64,000 nt of DNA from Candidatus Iainarchaeum sp. Lineage in GTDB: Archaea; Iainarchaeota; Iainarchaeia; Iainarchaeales; JAZDDZ01. Positions 47,472-56,337 of this stretch are shown here, piece after piece (within the stretch, counting starts at the first letter, position 1; the number at the start of each line of letters is the position of its first letter). The notes under the pieces are model-generated. The model saw only the letters and a program-made list of their open reading frames with translations. It had not been told where the DNA came from and ran no database searches. Made by a program: the position numbers and the translations under genes. The DNA is taken from the NCBI GenBank assembly GCA_043809245.1, contig JAZDDZ010000047.1, positions 32,001-96,000 of the forward strand, written 5' to 3'.

Positions 47472-48884
47472 ATGCAAAGCGAGGGAAAAGCAGTCATTGG
47501 CCTGGAATGCCATGTACAGCTCCACACAGCGTCAAAGCTTTTCTGCGGCTGCACAACAAAAGCAACTGAACCTAATTCCGCGACATGTGAAATCTGTTTG
47601 GGAATGCCTGGCTCAAAGCCTTCGCTGAATGAAAAGGCATTGGAATTCGGGTTGAGAGTAGCGCTTGCATTGAACTGCGAAATTAACCGCGAGTTCTTTT
47701 TTTCGCGCAAAACATATTTTTACCCGGACCTTGCGAAAAACTTCCAGATAACGCAGTTTGAGATTCCCCTTGCGAAAAATGGTTTCGTTAAGCTCCGTTC
47801 GGGAAAAACGGTTGTTATTAGGCGCGTTCATTTGGAGGAAGACCCAGCTGCATTAGTGCATGAGGGGGGGATGGCTTCAGCGAATTATTCTCTTGTTGAC
47901 TACAATCGTTCAGGCATTCCCTTGGTTGAAATAGTGACAGAGCCAGTAATTGATTCGCCTGCGGAGGCAAGGGAGTTTTTGGATGAACTGCTTAACATCC
48001 TAAACTATCTCGGTGTTTTTGTGCAGGGCGAGGACACGTTAAAGGTTGACTCTAACATTTCAATCAAGGGCTCTGAGAGAGTGGAAGTGAAAAACATTTC
48101 CGGGTTTCAGGCGGTTGAAAAGGCGCTTTTGTTTGAAATTGAAAGGCAGAGAAAAGCTTTAGGGAAAGGCGGTAAAGTTGAAAGGGAAGTTCGTTCATTT
48201 GACGAGGCAACTGGTTCCACGCGCAGCCTGAGGAAAAAAGAATTTGAAGAGGATTACGGTTACATTTTTGAGCCGGATTTGCCTTCAATTGAGTTAAGCG
48301 AAAAGCAGATTTCCGATGTGAAAAATGCCTTGCCTGAACTGCCGCAGGAAAAAGCGCAAAGGCTTGAAAAGCAATTCGGCTTGCCTGCATACGATGCAAA
48401 GGTCTTAAGCTCTGACATTTCCCTTGCAGGGCTCTTTGATGAAACCGCTAAAACCATTGACCCAAAACTTTCCGCAAAGTTTTTGACGCGCGAGTTGCTT
48501 GCAATACTGAATCACGGCAACCTTTCCCTGAGCCAGTTGCGCCTTGAAGCAAATGAAATTACCGCACTGCTTGAACTGCTGGAGAAAGGAATGGTTTCCG
48601 AGAAAAACGCAAAGGAAGCCATGATCAAGTACGTGAATGAAAAGATTCCGCCAAAAGAATTTTTGCAGAAAAACAATTTATTGAAGGACATGAAGTCTGA
48701 TGAAACCGCTGCAATTGTTGAAAAAGTTTTGAATGAAAACCCGCAGGCGGTTGAGGACCTGAAGAAAGGCGAAACAAAAGCCCTGAATTTTTTGGTTGGA
48801 TTGGTGATGCGGCAGACAAAGGGAAAAGCCGAGGCAAGGGAAGTGCAGAGGATGATTGAGGAAATGATGAAAAATGCAGATTAG
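47472..48884 (+). CDS. gatB: Asp/Glu-tRNA amidotransferase subunit B
   Basis: IGLE.H.QL, RK.YFYPDL.K.FQI.Q, DYNR.G.PL.EIVTEP, VEVKN, EPDLP. Confidence 0.95.
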   Translation: MQSEGKAVIGLECHVQLHTASKLFCGCTTKATEPNSATCEICLGMPGSKPSLNEKALEFGLRVALALNCEINREFFFSRKTYFYPDLAKNFQITQFEIPLAKNGFVKLRSGKTVVIRRVHLEEDPAALVHEGGMASANYSLVDYNRSGIPLVEIVTEPVIDSPAEAREFLDELLNILNYLGVFVQGEDTLKVDSNISIKGSERVEVKNISGFQAVEKALLFEIERQRKALGKGGKVEREVRSFDEATGSTRSLRKKEFEEDYGYIFEPDLPSIELSEKQISDVKNALPELPQEKAQRLEKQFGLPAYDAKVLSSDISLAGLFDETAKTIDPKLSAKFLTRELLAILNHGNLSLSQLRLEANEITALLELLEKGMVSEKNAKEAMIKYVNEKIPPKEFLQKNNLLKDMKSDETAAIVEKVLNENPQAVEDLKKGETKALNFLVGLVMRQTKGKAEAREVQRMIEEMMKNAD

Positions 48885-48962
48885 ATATTTAAATCGTTTA
48901 TCGATTGATATTAATGGGTAATGCCAAACTGGAGAACCTCAAAAAGATTGGAATGTAAATTC

Positions 48963-49448
48963 ATGGCAAAAAGAAGGTTCAGACCAAAATCAAGTGTAAT
49001 GGGGGCGGGTGTAACCCCTAAACACACGCAAAGGAGGCCGAGTGAATTAGGCAATATTAAAGCCAAAATTAAAGCTATACTAGATTTAGAAGCGCTTCGA
49101 AGCCATGCGCCAAAACCAGAACCTTCGCCAAGAGAACAACAAATAAAGGCACTCCGAGGAACGCTTGAAAGCATTCAGAAGCAGATTGTCGGGAATCCGT
49201 ACGCAGGTTCAGGTTTGCTGAAAAAAGAAGAAAAATTGATTGTGGAGATAAGGCAACTTGGCCAAAATGAGCACCCTCATTTTACGGCAAATCTATCGCG
49301 AGAAGAGCAGTTAAGTGGAATGAGAAGACGATTAAGGGTAATTGAAGGGCTTCGTGCACAGGGAAAAATATCTTATGAACTCAACAATGAAAGAATAGGA
49401 TTGGAATCACAAATTAATGCATTTGAAAAAAGTTTAAATAAAAAATGA
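48963..49448 (+). CDS. Hypothetical basic protein
   Basis: Open frame, K/R-rich N-terminus; no recognised motif. Confidence 0.5.
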   Translation: MAKRRFRPKSSVMGAGVTPKHTQRRPSELGNIKAKIKAILDLEALRSHAPKPEPSPREQQIKALRGTLESIQKQIVGNPYAGSGLLKKEEKLIVEIRQLGQNEHPHFTANLSREEQLSGMRRRLRVIEGLRAQGKISYELNNERIGLESQINAFEKSLNKK

Positions 49449-49846
49449 ATAAAATGTTTTCCGAAATCTCCGTCAAATCCTCCAAAAGAAACGAATTGAT
49501 TGACGTTTCAGCGCAAATTGAAAAAGCAGTAAAAGAAAGCGGTGTGAAAGAAGGGTTTTGCCTTGTTTTCTGCCCCCATACGACTGCTGCGGTAACAATT
49601 AACGAGAACGCCGATCCCTCAGTGAAAGAAGACCTGCTTGGCTATTTTTCAAAGCTTGTTCCAGAGCACGGAAGGTATTTGCATTCAGAGGGAAACAGTG
49701 ACGCGCACATTAAATCCTCGCTGATTGGCGCAAGCGTTTTTTTGCCGGTGAAAAACAGCGGGCTTGTTTTGGGTGCATGGCAGGGCATATTTTTCTGCGA
49801 ATTTGATGGGCCGAGAAACAGGAAATTAATGGTGCTGGTGAAATAA
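49445..49846 (+). CDS. yjbQ: YjbQ/UPF0047 family protein
   Basis: PHTTAA.TINEN.DP, H.EGNSDAHIK, LG.WQGIFFCEFDGPR. Confidence 0.92.
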   Translation: MNKMFSEISVKSSKRNELIDVSAQIEKAVKESGVKEGFCLVFCPHTTAAVTINENADPSVKEDLLGYFSKLVPEHGRYLHSEGNSDAHIKSSLIGASVFLPVKNSGLVLGAWQGIFFCEFDGPRNRKLMVLVK

Positions 49847-49902
49847 TTTACGAGTAAAGCTTTAAATAGTATATGACTCATATATGAGTAAGGAGATTTG
49901 TC

Positions 49903-50187
49903 ATGAAAACCCTTACAGCCGTTGTTGATGATGATTACGTTCAAACCCTTGATTTCGTTATCCGTTCATCCAAGCTTTACTCTTCTAGAAGCGAATTCAT
50001 CAAGGATGCCGTTAGGGAGAAAATGGAGGCGCTTGTCAGGCTAAGTGAAGAATTGAGGGACATAAGGGAAGCCTCAAAACGCCTTGCATCAAAGGCAAAG
50101 GCAAGGGGCTGGAACGGCTCTATTCCCTCAAAAAGCGAGAGGGAAAAAAATGCAAACCAGTTTTTGAAGGAAAAAGGCTTCAAATGA
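49903..50187 (+). CDS. RHH antitoxin (convergent with PIN gene)
   Basis: Y.SRSEFIKDAVREK. Confidence 0.8.
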   Translation: MKTLTAVVDDDYVQTLDFVIRSSKLYSSRSEFIKDAVREKMEALVRLSEELRDIREASKRLASKAKARGWNGSIPSKSEREKNANQFLKEKGFK

Positions 50188-50605
50188 AGTCCTTCGGTTC
50201 AATAACGTTTATACTTCGATTTATTTTTTCAAAATCTTTTGCATTGAATGAAACAATACAGTCACACCCTGCCTTGATTGCGATTGCGGCATGAATTGAG
50301 TCTGGTCGGTGGACCCCGCTTAACGCAATCCTTTTTTCTTCCAGGGAATGCTCTTCAGTGAAAGCAGCCTCCTCAAATGTAACGCCAATTGATTGAAAAT
50401 ATTCGTTGGCCTCTTCCCTGCTTATTTTAATGCATTTTTTTACCTCAAAATAAAACAGGCTGGATAAAACAACGGTATCCCTGTTTTTCCTTACCCGGCT
50501 AAAAAACAGCTGTGCTTCTGCCGACAAAAACCTGAATTGCCTGTCCATTTCATCTCTTAACGCGGAAATCAGGACATTGGAGTCAAGGTAAACCCTCTTT
50601 GGCAT
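50180..50605 (-). CDS. PIN-domain (VapC-like) toxin
   Basis: VYLDSNVLI, D..HAA.A, IVSFN.KDF. Confidence 0.85.
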   Translation of the reverse strand: MPKRVYLDSNVLISALRDEMDRQFRFLSAEAQLFFSRVRKNRDTVVLSSLFYFEVKKCIKISREEANEYFQSIGVTFEEAAFTEEHSLEEKRIALSGVHRPDSIHAAIAIKAGCDCIVSFNAKDFEKINRSINVIEPKDFI

Positions 50606-50652
50606 AAAAACAATTAATGCCATACATCTTTTTTATTATCCGCTTAAACAGT

Positions 50653-51156
50653 TCACAGAACGCTTTCCAGAAGTTTTATATGCCCTTCTTCAAATTCAGC
50701 CAGCTCTGAGAAAAGGCTTTTTGCGTCAGGCTCTGTTGTGTTTTCTTTCATGAAATCATAGAACTTTTTTGCCTCTTTTTCCCATTCAACAGCGTAAAGC
50801 AATGCTTCCCTTTTGCTTTTGTCGCTTATCTTGGGAAAAGGGTAATCCTTTGAAAAAATTCCTCCCCCCGCGGCTTTGGACAAAGCCAGTTGCTCTTCGC
50901 TTAAATCCACCCATCCTTTTTCCTGCCTTAACTTCTGCCGCAAGCCCACGACTATTTTGAAGTGAGCCTCTTCCTGTGAAATAAGGAATTCAAAAAGTTT
51001 TTTCAAAGCAGAATCAGCAGCCGCGCCTTTTTGCTGGCGGTAAAAATTCATGCTCTTTTTTTCAAGCTCCACCGCCAACTCCACGCCAACAGCAGCGTCA
51101 AAACTGGAGCCTTCAAGAAAAGAATCAACCTGCTGCTTGAATTCATCTTCCGGCAT
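50653..51156 (-). CDS. Ferritin/rubrerythrin-like diiron protein
   Basis: Two E...FY / EE.H repeats. Confidence 0.85.
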   Translation of the reverse strand: MPEDEFKQQVDSFLEGSSFDAAVGVELAVELEKKSMNFYRQQKGAAADSALKKLFEFLISQEEAHFKIVVGLRQKLRQEKGWVDLSEEQLALSKAAGGGIFSKDYPFPKISDKSKREALLYAVEWEKEAKKFYDFMKENTTEPDAKSLFSELAEFEEGHIKLLESVL

Positions 51157-51202
51157 ACATTAATAGAAAAAGACCGTAAGGGTTAAATTAGTTGTTTTTT
51201 AA

Positions 51203-51220
51203 TGGGCACGGGCGGATTTG
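51203..51220 (-). pseudogene. Orphan tRNA 3'-terminal fragment (CAAATCCGCCCGTGCCCA)
   Basis: T-loop/T-stem/acceptor 3' strand; 51201-51220 matches 52355-52374 at 15/20 nt. Confidence 0.65.
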
Positions 51221-51287
51221 GCAGCGGCAACTCACTGTGTTTGCGGAGATTTAAATATAAAAAAGCCGAATATTTAATAGTGGTTAA

Positions 51288-52436
51288 ATGGAAGATAAAA
51301 GGCTGAAATTTCAGCCCGGCAAGCAGAGGGCTTTGTTGGAGTTATTTTTTTACAAGCACGGTTTCACCCAAAGAGAATTAGCCGGAAGATTAGGGGTATC
51401 AAAAGGCACAATAGCAGCATATTTCACGGAGAAAAACAACCTATTGCTTTCAACTTTCCAAAAGCTTGAATCAATTGATCCCGCTGTAAAAGGATATGAA
51501 AAATTCATAGAAAAAGAATTGCCTCTCGGTTGGGGCGCAAAAAAGGGCGGTATCGAAAGGGCAAAACTTATTCCAAACAAGAAAACCTATTATGAAGGTA
51601 TAAGGCATATAAAAAAATTGAAAGAATTAGCTAACGCTAGGAAAGAAAAAGAAAAAATAGAGAATCACCCTTTAGTTGAGGAGCTAAAGAAGGCTAATGT
51701 TGATTTGGAAGCCGTACTGGCAGTTTGCCTTTTAACGGATGGCTCACTCTGCATTAAAGGAAAAAATCTTAGGATTAGTTACACAACTAAAGACCATATT
51801 CTAGAAAAGCTGCTTTTTTCAATGATGAACGAACTGTCAGCCAGGGTTCCAGGAATTGGTTTTTCACAAAGTGCTAATACCGTAAGGGTGAGTGATGACG
51901 CGCTAGCGAAAAAATTACTCAACCTCAGCCCGAATTTCAAAACAAGCCCAAGCAGACATGAGACCAACGAGGATTATCTTAAAGAACCGCAGCCAACCAT
52001 ACGCTTTCTTTCAAAATCCAATCAACAGACAAAAAAATGGGCTTTGAGGTTTGCATTCACTGCGGACGGCTACATCAGCAAGGCGGCAAATGGAAAAACA
52101 GAATTGGGGCTCTCCTGTTATCACACGAATCTTGCAATTGAATGGAAACAGATTATAGAAGAATTTGGCTTATCCTGCACGCTTGCCCAAAACAAAAATT
52201 CTTGGTGCGGCATATCTGGAATCAGAATTCAAAACATGGATTCTATTGGAAAATTTTTTCAGCTTGGCGGGTTCATAGATGGAGTTAAAATATCCAATAA
52301 AAGCAAAAAATTCAGGGGGCTGGCAAAAAACGAGCTGTTGACACAGATTGTGGAAATGGGAAAGGGAGGACTCGAACCTCCGACCCCCCGGTTATCAGCC
52401 GGATGCGCTAGCCACTGCGCCACATTCCCAAAATAA
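51288..52436 (+). CDS. Free-standing HTH + LAGLIDADG endonuclease-like protein reading through antisense tRNA-Ile
   Basis: XRE-like FTQRELAGRLGVS; LAVCLLTDG and LRFAFTADG. Confidence 0.8.
   Translation: MEDKRLKFQPGKQRALLELFFYKHGFTQRELAGRLGVSKGTIAAYFTEKNNLLLSTFQKLESIDPAVKGYEKFIEKELPLGWGAKKGGIERAKLIPNKKTYYEGIRHIKKLKELANARKEKEKIENHPLVEELKKANVDLEAVLAVCLLTDGSLCIKGKNLRISYTTKDHILEKLLFSMMNELSARVPGIGFSQSANTVRVSDDALAKKLLNLSPNFKTSPSRHETNEDYLKEPQPTIRFLSKSNQQTKKWALRFAFTADGYISKAANGKTELGLSCYHTNLAIEWKQIIEEFGLSCTLAQNKNSWCGISGIRIQNMDSIGKFFQLGGFIDGVKISNKSKKFRGLAKNELLTQIVEMGKGGLEPPTPRLSAGCASHCATFPK
52357..52429 (-). tRNA. tRNA-Ile(GAT), intronless; U6-U67 acceptor mismatch
   Basis: GGGAATG/CTTTCCC, TCCGG-CTGATAA-CCGGG, GGAGG-TTCGAGT-CCTCC. 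Confidence 0.93.
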
Positions 52437-52541
52437 AGCAAACAAAACGAGCAACAAAGAAATTCCGTAAAAAAAGGGTTTTAAACCCTCGCTACGACAA
52501 TAACAAATCCAGTTAAAAAAGGCTTAAAAACGGTATTTTTG

Positions 52542-52556
52542 TTGCCGCAGCGGCAA
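52542..52556. repeat. Palindrome TTGCCGC-A-GCGGCAA
   Basis: Recurrent motif (also 3495, 55838, 62406; half or variant at 51221, 23554). Confidence 0.75.
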
Positions 52557-52602
52557 TCTACTCCCCCGAAAACTGCTTAAAAGACAAAACAAGAATCATT
52601 AC

Positions 52603-53547
52603 ATGAAGTTCTCCATTTTTGATGTAGATAACCAATGGCTTGCAGAAAAAATCTGCATTGATGGAATAAACCAAGAAGCTAAAGACATTATAAAAAGTTT
52701 GGGCGGACCATCAAAAACCTGCAAACTTTTAAACTGCAAATATACGCGATTAAAAGAATGGTCTAACGGCAGGTCGCCCATACCTTTACATGTTTTGCTA
52801 AAAACGCTTAATGCATGCGCCGACAGTTTTAAGGAAAAAATCAAAAACAAGATTGACTCAAAAGAAATTAACCTCAAGGCACAATACTCGCCGCACAAAG
52901 TAAAATTTCCAAAGAAAATGACTCCTAACTTGGCTTACATAACAGGAGTAATTTTAGGGGACGGACATCTAGCCAGCAGCAAAGATAATGAAAAGGGAAA
53001 CTGGGCAATATCTGTTTGCTTTGACAATTTAATGCATCTCAAGGTCTACAATCAATATATTAAGGAAATATTCGGCATCGAGCCTAAATATTATTTTTGC
53101 CAAAAGAAGAATTATTATGTTTCCTATTTTGCATCATTGACTGTCCACTGGTTTTTAAGGAATTTCCTCGAAATTCCAAATGGTAATAAAAGCAGCCTAA
53201 TCCAAATGCCCGAAGTAATTGCCAATGGAGATGAAAAAATAATTTCAGCCTTCATTAGCGGGCTATTTGATTCCGATGGCACAATAACCAAAAACGGGGA
53301 ACTTAAATTTGCAAGCACAAGCGAAAGAATTGTACACCAGGTTAAGGCTGCGCTAGCTTGTTTCTCAATTAAAAGCTATCATTCAAAATGGCTTAAATCG
53401 GAAAAATACAAAATGCTTCACACAATCAGAATAGGCAAGGAATCAATTCAATCATTCGAGAAAACAATCGGATTTAAGCATCCAAGGAAAAAGCAGCTAT
53501 TAAAAATGTTTTCAAATAAGACTTTAGTTAATAGCCCCGTCGTCTAG
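52603..53547 (+). CDS. Free-standing HTH + LAGLIDADG endonuclease-like protein
   Basis: LAYITGVILGDG and FISGLFDSDG; HTH ...W.NGRSPIP; stop codon lies within first 15 nt of tRNA-Gln. Confidence 0.88.
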   Translation: MKFSIFDVDNQWLAEKICIDGINQEAKDIIKSLGGPSKTCKLLNCKYTRLKEWSNGRSPIPLHVLLKTLNACADSFKEKIKNKIDSKEINLKAQYSPHKVKFPKKMTPNLAYITGVILGDGHLASSKDNEKGNWAISVCFDNLMHLKVYNQYIKEIFGIEPKYYFCQKKNYYVSYFASLTVHWFLRNFLEIPNGNKSSLIQMPEVIANGDEKIISAFISGLFDSDGTITKNGELKFASTSERIVHQVKAALACFSIKSYHSKWLKSEKYKMLHTIRIGKESIQSFEKTIGFKHPRKKQLLKMFSNKTLVNSPVV

Positions 53548-53651
53548 CGGCCAAAGCAATAAACGTATTTTCGTTAAAATTATGGTTGTTGCTGCCGAAA
53601 GGATGGCAGGCTCTGGACCTGCGGACAGGAGTTCGAATCTCCTCGGGGCTA
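53533..53651 (+). tRNA. tRNA-Gln(CTG) with 46-nt D-loop intron (53554-53599)
   Basis: AGCCCCG/CGGGGCT, GCAGG-CTCTGGA-CCTGC, AGGAG-TTCGAAT-CTCCT; BHB-like CGGC/GCCG helix, CAA and AAA bulges, AGCAA/TTGCT. Confidence 0.92.
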
Positions 53652-53667
53652 TTATCCTTTTTATTTA

Positions 53668-53752
53668 AAATAAAAAAAGAAAAAGCAGCCCCTTTTTTTT
53701 GGGGCTTTGTTTTTTGCGTTTACACGATTTCGAATTGCACGCTGGCTGTCGC
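53668..53752. repeat. Direct repeat of SIMPL gene 3' end and terminator-like region (partner 54512-54597)
   Basis: Non-coding part essentially identical; coding part ATASVQFEIV* vs ATVSVQFEIV* with mostly synonymous differences. Confidence 0.9.
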
Positions 53753-53822
53753 TTTGAAAGGCAAAAAGGTTAAAAACACTATCTGCACTAATATTAGTGT
53801 AATCACTAGGGGGGTTTTTTGT

Positions 53823-54062
53823 ATGGCTAATGCAACATTAACGCTCGCTATTCCTGAAAAACTTAAGAAGGATATTAGGGAGTTAAAGGAAATCAATTGG
53901 TCCGAGGAAACAAGGTCTTTTTTGGAGGACAGGGTTGAAAGGCTCAAGGCTTTGAGGACACTGGATGAAATCCTGAAGGGCAGCAGGTTAACTGAAAAGG
54001 ACATTGAGGAATTGGGCGCAAAAATAAAGCAGGGAATAGCCAAAGCGCATGAAAGGAAATGA
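53823..54062 (+). CDS. VapB-like RHH antitoxin
   Basis: TLTLAIP..LK, INWSE..R, S.LTE.DI. Confidence 0.85.
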   Translation: MANATLTLAIPEKLKKDIRELKEINWSEETRSFLEDRVERLKALRTLDEILKGSRLTEKDIEELGAKIKQGIAKAHERK

Positions 54063-54066
54063 TTGA

Positions 54067-54501
54067 ATGCAGCCAATTGCATTAATCGCTGACACAAACG
54101 CCTTGCTTTCAGCGCTGCTAAAAGACAATTTGTCAAGAAAAATTTTTTTAAACCCGAAAGTGAAGCTTTCCTCGCCACAGCACATGAACGAAGAAGTCAA
54201 CAGGCACGCAGAAGAATTAGCCAAAAGAATCGGCATAACGCAAAAAGAGTTCGTTCACGCATTCGAATTGCTTTTAGAAAAATCAGGGCTTGAAATTATT
54301 GCGGAAAAACAATACGAATCCCTTAAGCCAATGGCATTGGAATTATGCCCTGAGGGGCACAAGGACGACTGGCCTTTCCTCGCCTTGGCTTTAAAGCAAA
54401 ACTGCGCTTTATGGTCAAACGATAAAGCGCTCAAAAAACAATCAACAATTGAAGTACATTCAACATTTGAATTAAAGCAAAAACTCGGAAAACTGTTATA
54501 G
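54067..54501 (+). CDS. VapC-like PIN toxin
   Basis: IADTNALLSAL, DDWPFLALAL, LWSNDK.L. Confidence 0.88.
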   Translation: MQPIALIADTNALLSALLKDNLSRKIFLNPKVKLSSPQHMNEEVNRHAEELAKRIGITQKEFVHAFELLLEKSGLEIIAEKQYESLKPMALELCPEGHKDDWPFLALALKQNCALWSNDKALKKQSTIEVHSTFELKQKLGKLL

Positions 54502-54564
54502 CGCTGCATTGAAATAAAAAAAAGAAAAAGCAGCCCCTTTTTTTTGGGGCTTTGTTTTTTGCGT

Positions 54565-55449
54565 TTACACGATTTCAAACTGTACGCTGACCGTTGCGCT
54601 GTATTCTATGTCGCCTGGCGTGATTGGCGTTGGCGCTGACGCGGCACCTTCCGCTACTGCGTCCAAGGCGTAGTTTCTGTACATTGGCACTACATAGTTT
54701 GAGCTTTCGCTTGCGCTGAAAACCTGCCCCACGCCTATTCCTAAACCGGAGGCAATGCTTTGCGCTTTGACTTTTGCATTGGCAGCTGCTTCCTGTAAAG
54801 CCTGTGTTTTTAGCTGTGCTTCAACTGCTTTTGAAAGCGCGAAGGTAACTCCTGAAACCCTGTTTGCCCCTGCCTGAACCGCTGCGTCAATAACGCTTCC
54901 TGTTTTTGAAAGGTCTTTGACTGTCACCTGAATGCTGTTCGTTGTCCTGTAACCGACTGACTCGGATTTTCGGAGCGTTGAATTGTATTCAAAGTCCTCG
55001 CTTAAATTATAGGAAGTCGTTTCAATGTCGTCTTCCGCTATTCCCGCGTTCTTTAAAGCAGTCATGACTTTGCCAGCCAAAACAGCGTTGTCACTCTGGC
55101 TTTTTGAAGCGCTTTTGTCAAGCGTTTCAATGCTCAGGTAAATCAATGCTTCATCCGGTGCAGCTGTCTTTGTGATGGTGCCTGAAACAGAGAGCAGCCT
55201 TTTCTGGTTGCCTGAATCATCTGCCGCAAAGCTGATTACTCCCTCGCTTGCAGGCATTACTGCGCCTTCATTTGTTGAAGTGGTGCCCTGGCTTAAATAG
55301 CTTGGAAGCTGGACTGCGAGTTGCTTGTTTTCGCCTGAATTATCCGTGTTGGTTAAGGCGTTAAAGTTAAAGCCGATAACCAGTACAAGCACTGCAATGA
55401 CAACTGCTGCCGCAATTATAACCACATTTTTTGAATCCATTCTTTTCAC
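54565..55449 (-). CDS. SIMPL (DUF541) domain protein
   Basis: SVSG......PD.A, VIDAAV.AGAN.V.GV.F, AL..A...AK.KA, PI.PG. Confidence 0.9.
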   Translation of the reverse strand: MKRMDSKNVVIIAAAVVIAVLVLVIGFNFNALTNTDNSGENKQLAVQLPSYLSQGTTSTNEGAVMPASEGVISFAADDSGNQKRLLSVSGTITKTAAPDEALIYLSIETLDKSASKSQSDNAVLAGKVMTALKNAGIAEDDIETTSYNLSEDFEYNSTLRKSESVGYRTTNSIQVTVKDLSKTGSVIDAAVQAGANRVSGVTFALSKAVEAQLKTQALQEAAANAKVKAQSIASGLGIGVGQVFSASESSNYVVPMYRNYALDAVAEGAASAPTPITPGDIEYSATVSVQFEIV

Positions 55450-55579
55450 CTCCCTTTGCGTTTTTTTCTATAAACCCTTTGTGGCTGAACTTCCTTTAAA
55501 TATCTTTGTTTTAATGAGGGAAAAGGCTAACCAAGGGCTTTAAATTGCTTAGGCAAAAAATAATCTATTGGTGTAATTA

Positions 55580-55837
55580 ATGGGTTTGCTGGATTTTTTG
55601 GGCAAAAAAAAAGATGAAAGCAGTGAAGCAGAAAACGCAAAGGAAGCCAAAGCGGCAAAGGAATCAAAAGAGGCAAAAAAGGAAGCCGCAAAAGAAGACG
55701 CTGCCTCTGACGCAAAGTATGAGGGCAAGGAATGCTCGATGTGCGGCGGCATGGGCGCTGAAAAAAAATGGATGGGGCAATACTGGCACAAAAAATGCCT
55801 TAGGTCGATGAAGAAAGGCGCGCGAAAAATGATTTGA
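55580..55837 (+). CDS. Small Zn-finger protein
   Basis: C..CG.....KW.GQYWHKKC. Confidence 0.6.
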   Translation: MGLLDFLGKKKDESSEAENAKEAKAAKESKEAKKEAAKEDAASDAKYEGKECSMCGGMGAEKKWMGQYWHKKCLRSMKKGARKMI

Positions 55838-55850
55838 TTCCGCAGCGGAA
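55838..55850. repeat. Palindrome TTCCGC-A-GCGGAA
   Basis: Immediately after upstream stop codon, about 17 bp before TATTTAAA. Confidence 0.7.
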
Positions 55851-55914
55851 ACGCACCCTGAAAAGCTATTTAAACAGCCCGAAGCCAACTTTTTCTGGAA
55901 GCAGTGGTGGCAGG

Positions 55915-56337
55915 GTGCAGAGGATTTATTTGGATTCAAATATTTTTATCGCTTATATCAGGAGCGATATGGGCAAGCCGTTCAAGCTGATGTTCAAGGA
56001 TGTTGAGGATTTCTTTGACTGCTGCCCGAATAGGTTCGTTCTTGTTTTGTCCGAATTTTTTATTGAAGAAGTCGAAAAAAAAGTGCACTATTCAAAAAGC
56101 ATGGTTGGAGAATTCTTTAAAGATTACAAAATTTCAACTGAATTTATTGAAACAACCAAAATTGAAAAGAAATTGGCTCCCGAGTTTTTCAAAAAAGGGC
56201 TGCACGCTGGCGATGCATTGCATGCTGCTTTTGCAATAAATTCAAAATGTGATTTTCTTTTGACTTTCAACATTAAAGATTTTAAGCGACTGGAAAACAG
56301 GATTAAGTTAAGAGAGCCAAAAGAACTAGTCGAGTGA
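55915..56337 (+). CDS. PIN-domain toxin (paralog of 50180)
   Basis: IYLDSNIFI, DALHAAFA, LTFNIKDF; GTG start inferred. Confidence 0.85.
   Translation: MQRIYLDSNIFIAYIRSDMGKPFKLMFKDVEDFFDCCPNRFVLVLSEFFIEEVEKKVHYSKSMVGEFFKDYKISTEFIETTKIEKKLAPEFFKKGLHAGDALHAAFAINSKCDFLLTFNIKDFKRLENRIKLREPKELVE

Noticed and set aside
53720-54178. 152-aa minus-strand ORF ending in SIMPL-like residues
   Set aside because: Antisense to vapBC; only its last ~10 codons are meaningful, as the duplicated SIMPL end
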